DNA of 64,000 bases from Rhodoglobus sp. (lineage in GTDB: Bacteria > Actinomycetota > Actinomycetes > Actinomycetales > Microbacteriaceae): contig JBGSTT010000022.1 of the NCBI GenBank assembly GCA_041736385.1, positions 15,977 through 79,976 on the forward strand. Direction: 5' to 3'. Under the pieces are notes generated by a model that saw only the letters and a program-made list of their open reading frames with translations, ran no database searches and was not told the DNA's origin. This document shows, one piece after another, positions 60,740 to 64,000 of the stretch; the first letter of the stretch is position 1, and each line of letters begins with the position of its first letter. The translations under genes and the position numbers were made by a program.

Positions 60740-61198
60740 ATGCGCATTGCTGCTCCCATTGCACTCTCCGCCGTTCTCGCTCTTGGCTTGACCGGATGCT
60801 TTGCCAACCCCCTCGATCAACTTACTGAAGGCATCGTCGAAGGCATCGTCGAAGGCGCGAGCGGCGTCGACGTCGATGTCAGCGGTGACGGTACCGGTGC
60901 AAGCCTGCCCTCTGGCTGGCCGGCCGAGGTGGCGGTACCTCCGGGAAAGATCGTCGCATCGTTTGGGATCAACGGCACCTACAGTGCGACCATCGAGATC
61001 GCCGACGCCGCCGCTGGCCAAGCCGGTCTCGACGCGCTGGTGGCCGCGGGGTTCGAAGTGACGAGCGAATCCGACTTCGGCGGCGGGTTCAAGTCGTACA
61101 CGCTCGCGAACTCCAATTACGGCGTGACGTACGCGTGGGGCGAGGACGGCAGCGGCTTTACCGTTCTCAACATCGGCGCTTCGCCCATCAGCCAGTAA
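60740..61198 (+). CDS. Hypothetical lipoprotein
   Basis: GAAAGG RBS, lipobox LTGC, SLPSGWPAEV. Confidence 0.82.
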   Translation: MRIAAPIALSAVLALGLTGCFANPLDQLTEGIVEGIVEGASGVDVDVSGDGTGASLPSGWPAEVAVPPGKIVASFGINGTYSATIEIADAAAGQAGLDALVAAGFEVTSESDFGGGFKSYTLANSNYGVTYAWGEDGSGFTVLNIGASPISQ

Positions 61199-61241
61199 CC
61201 ACCAGCGTTCTCGGCGTTCGAGGTGCTGGGGTCGTGAGACC

Positions 61242-62588
61242 TCAGCCCTTGGATGCCGCGATCATCTCGTCGCGCGGTACGACCTTGATGCGCTCGCGAC
61301 TTTGAGGCGCCCCGAGTGCGCGCTCGAACTCGTCGAGGTTGCGCCAGCCCCGCAGGTTGGTGAAGTCGACCCGGCGGTCGCGAAGCAGTGTCTCGATCGC
61401 CTCTTCTTCCGGATGCTCGGGGCTCCACCAGTTGGCTTGGTCGTTCATCAGGTGGCGAACGGTCTCCATCGCGTCACTCTTGGTGTGGCCGATGAGTCCG
61501 ACCGGTCCGCGCTTGATCCAGCCGGTGGCGTACACGCCGTTGACCGGCTCATCGTGATCGTCGATGACCTGTCCTTCTCGATTCGGGATCACCCCGCGGC
61601 GTTCGTCGAACGGAATACCGTCGAGCCGTGAACCGAAGTACCCGACAGCCCGGTAGAGCGCCTGCACAGCGACCTCACGAAACTCGCCAGTCCCGCGAAC
61701 GCCGCCGGCGCCATCTGGCTCAGTTCGCTCGTACCGGAAGCCCTCGACGCGATCCGTGCCGAGCACCTCGACCGGCCCAGCAAAGAAATGCAAGTGCAGT
61801 CGTCTGGATGCCCCGGACCGGCGGTCATCGCGCCACTTGCGGAAGATTCGGTCGATTACCATGATCTGCTTATTCGTCTCGATCGCGGTTCTGGAGGCCT
61901 CGTCGTAGTCGAAGTCTTCCTCGTACACGACCATGTCGACGTCGTTCAGTTCGCCAAGCTCACGCAACTCCAGTGGCGTGAACTTCACTTGCATCGGGCC
62001 GCGACGACCGAAGACGTGGACGTCGGTGATTGGCGAGGCCTTGAGGCCCTCGTACACGTTGCTCGGGATGTCGGTCGAAAGCAGGTCGTCGGCGTGCTTG
62101 GAAAGAATACGGGCCACGTCGAGGGCGACGTTGCCGTTGCCGATGACGGCGGCGGAAGTGGCATCCAGTGGCCATTCGCGCGGAAAGTCCGGATGCCCAT
62201 CGTACCAGCTGACGAAATCGGCCGCACCGTAACTGCCGGGCAGATCGATCCCCGGGATGTCGAGCGGAGCATCCTTGATGGCACCGGTCGAAAAGATGAC
62301 CGCGTTGTAGTGCTGCTTCAGGTCGTCAAGGGTCACATCACGCCCGTAGTACACGTTGCCGAAGAGGCGAATGTTGCCAGTGTCGAGCACGTCTCGCAGG
62401 GCGGTAATGATGCCCTTAATGCGCGGGTGATCCGGGGCGACACCGTAGCGAACCAGACCGTACGGGGCTGGCAACTGCTCGAAGAGGTCGATCGAGACGT
62501 CGAACTGCCTCTCGGCCTTAAGCAGGATGTCCGCGGCATAGATCCCGGCGGGACCTGCTCCAACGATGGCAAGCCTGAGCTTGGTCAT
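61242..62588 (-). CDS. fprA: NADPH:ferredoxin reductase (adrenodoxin reductase-like)
   Basis: GAGPAG, GLVRYGVAPDH, GNGNVALDVAR, GWIKRGPVG. Confidence 0.9.
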   Translation of the reverse strand: MTKLRLAIVGAGPAGIYAADILLKAERQFDVSIDLFEQLPAPYGLVRYGVAPDHPRIKGIITALRDVLDTGNIRLFGNVYYGRDVTLDDLKQHYNAVIFSTGAIKDAPLDIPGIDLPGSYGAADFVSWYDGHPDFPREWPLDATSAAVIGNGNVALDVARILSKHADDLLSTDIPSNVYEGLKASPITDVHVFGRRGPMQVKFTPLELRELGELNDVDMVVYEEDFDYDEASRTAIETNKQIMVIDRIFRKWRDDRRSGASRRLHLHFFAGPVEVLGTDRVEGFRYERTEPDGAGGVRGTGEFREVAVQALYRAVGYFGSRLDGIPFDERRGVIPNREGQVIDDHDEPVNGVYATGWIKRGPVGLIGHTKSDAMETVRHLMNDQANWWSPEHPEEEAIETLLRDRRVDFTNLRGWRNLDEFERALGAPQSRERIKVVPRDEMIAASKG

Positions 62589-62675
62589 TATTCCTCTTTC
62601 GGTGACGGCAGAAGCAACACTCTAGTAGAGCGAGCGCATCGGATGCCGCAGCGTTGAGACTGCGGCGAGCACGCC

Positions 62676-63758
62676 TCAGTTGGAGCGTTCGACGATCGAT
62701 TCCGCGAACTTGGTCAGGGCCTTCTTGACCGGGCCAGACGGGAGCGGCTCGAGCGCGGCAACGGCTTCTCGCGCCCAACGATACGCCTCGTCGAGGGTTT
62801 GCTTGGTGACGGGATGCGCTCGTAGCTCGGCGATTGCGTCATTGAGGTCGGCTTCATCGCCTGAACCGTAGAAGGCCGAGTTGACGTCTCGTTCGATGCG
62901 GGTCAACAGCTCCTCCGCATCCCGATCGATCTTGGCTAGTTCGCGCAGGTACAGCAACGGCAGCGTGGAAACCCCACTGCGGAGGTCGGTGCCAGGAGCC
63001 TTGCCGGTCTTATCTGTTTCGGCCGAGAGATCGATGATGTCGTCCACGAGCTGGAAGGCAACCCCGATTCGCTCGCCGAATTGTCGAACCGGCACGACGA
63101 ACTCCTCGGGTGCGTTGGAGAACAGCACCCCGACTTCGGCGGCTGTTGCAATAAGGGAACCGGTCTTGTCTGCGAGCACCTGCAGGTAGTGCTCGACGGG
63201 GTCTTCGTCTTTGCGTGGACCAAGAGTCTCGTGCAGCTGACCGAGACAGAGTCGTTCAAACGTATTGGCTTGCAGGGTGAGTGCGCGCTCACCAAGGCCA
63301 GAAATAAGCTTGCTAGCGCGCGCAAACAACAGATCGCCAGTGAGAATTGCGACCGAGTTGCCCCAGACATTCTGCGCGCTGGGAACCCCGCGGCGCATTT
63401 GGGCTTCGTCCATGACGTCGTCGTGATAGAGCGAAGCCAGGTGGGTAATCTCGATCGCCTCGGCGGCGGTGATGACGTCAGCGTTGTTGCCCTCGCCCAG
63501 TTGCGCCGTCAACAGTGTCAGCACTGGTCGCACGCGCTTACCGCCGGCTTCGAGCAGGTACCGGCTCGTCACATCCGCGATCTCATCGGCGAACGACATC
63601 TCGCGAAGGAGCCCCGCCTCAACCTGAGCGAGTCCCTCTTCGATCGCCGCCGCAAAGCGGCGCTCGTCACTCGAGGCAAAGAGCTTCTCGCCGAGACCGA
63701 GCGACGAGCTCAGGGTGTTGCTGCGTCTGGCGATCGACACACTCTGGTTGATGGTCAC
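62676..63758 (-). CDS. Polyprenyl diphosphate synthase
   Basis: GGKRVRP, HDDVMD, RRG, KTGSL, FQLVDDIID; start approximate. Confidence 0.93.
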   Translation of the reverse strand: MTINQSVSIARRSNTLSSSLGLGEKLFASSDERRFAAAIEEGLAQVEAGLLREMSFADEIADVTSRYLLEAGGKRVRPVLTLLTAQLGEGNNADVITAAEAIEITHLASLYHDDVMDEAQMRRGVPSAQNVWGNSVAILTGDLLFARASKLISGLGERALTLQANTFERLCLGQLHETLGPRKDEDPVEHYLQVLADKTGSLIATAAEVGVLFSNAPEEFVVPVRQFGERIGVAFQLVDDIIDLSAETDKTGKAPGTDLRSGVSTLPLLYLRELAKIDRDAEELLTRIERDVNSAFYGSGDEADLNDAIAELRAHPVTKQTLDEAYRWAREAVAALEPLPSGPVKKALTKFAESIVERSN

Positions 63759-63778
63759 GGGGATCCTGTCGCGAAGCG

Positions 63779-64000
63779 CTATGGCTTCGAGTTGTCGGCC
63801 TGGGTCTGGGTGGCGATCGTCTTGATCGGTCGAGTAGCGGCATCCTTGCGTTTGGCAACGGATGCGAGCACGGCGGCGTCGACCGGCTTCCTGCCTCGGT
63901 GCATAGCCACAATGCCAGCGGTGAGGTTGCGATAGGCGACGCGGATGAATCCGGCCCCGCGAATCCACTGACTCAATTCGCCCTGGTCTGGCCATTCGCG
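63779..64000 (-). CDS. menG: Demethylmenaquinone methyltransferase, C-terminal part, truncated by window edge
   Basis: [36 protein letters not shown] UbiE/MenG C-terminus; upstream of polyprenyl synthase. Confidence 0.85.
   Translation of the reverse strand, partial: REWPDQGELSQWIRGAGFIRVAYRNLTAGIVAMHRGRKPVDAAVLASVAKRKDAATRPIKTIATQTQADNSKP

Overview
High-GC actinobacterial chromosome segment; gene content and order look like Microbacteriaceae (inference). Contents in order: an L-arabinose regulon (LacI regulator, araBDA, ChvE-MmsAB transporter and a second sugar ABC transporter, with three matching operators), cbs-metB, a degenerate class III cyclase/MscS-cNMP pair, rplL-rplJ, a two-component system, an orphan YqaJ nuclease, rplA-rplK, a DUF222-HNH gene with a LexA-type box between rplK and nusG, nusG-secE-tRNA-Trp, murB with a MaoC pair, tRNA-Met/Thr, alpha-glucosidase, thioredoxin-ccdA, csoR-copZ-copA, TetR modules, tRNA-Tyr, yajQ, cls, a LAL-type LuxR regulator, fprA, polyprenyl synthase and the 3' end of menG. 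No CRISPR array, transposase, integrase or prophage was seen. The best candidate for an undescribed system is not in the ORF track: a 26-aa peptide gene (37758..37838, minus; MENDDTVGGYAVPVDPMDLLQCDSCQ) with its own promoter, AGGAGG RBS, terminator-like hairpin and NrdR-type boxes. Its product resembles the redox-active CxxC tail of ribonucleotide reductase alpha subunits. Also notable: window-wide over-representation of GGATGCCG, many 12-18 nt micro-duplications and many apparently leaderless genes. All calls come from reading the sequence; no database search was run.
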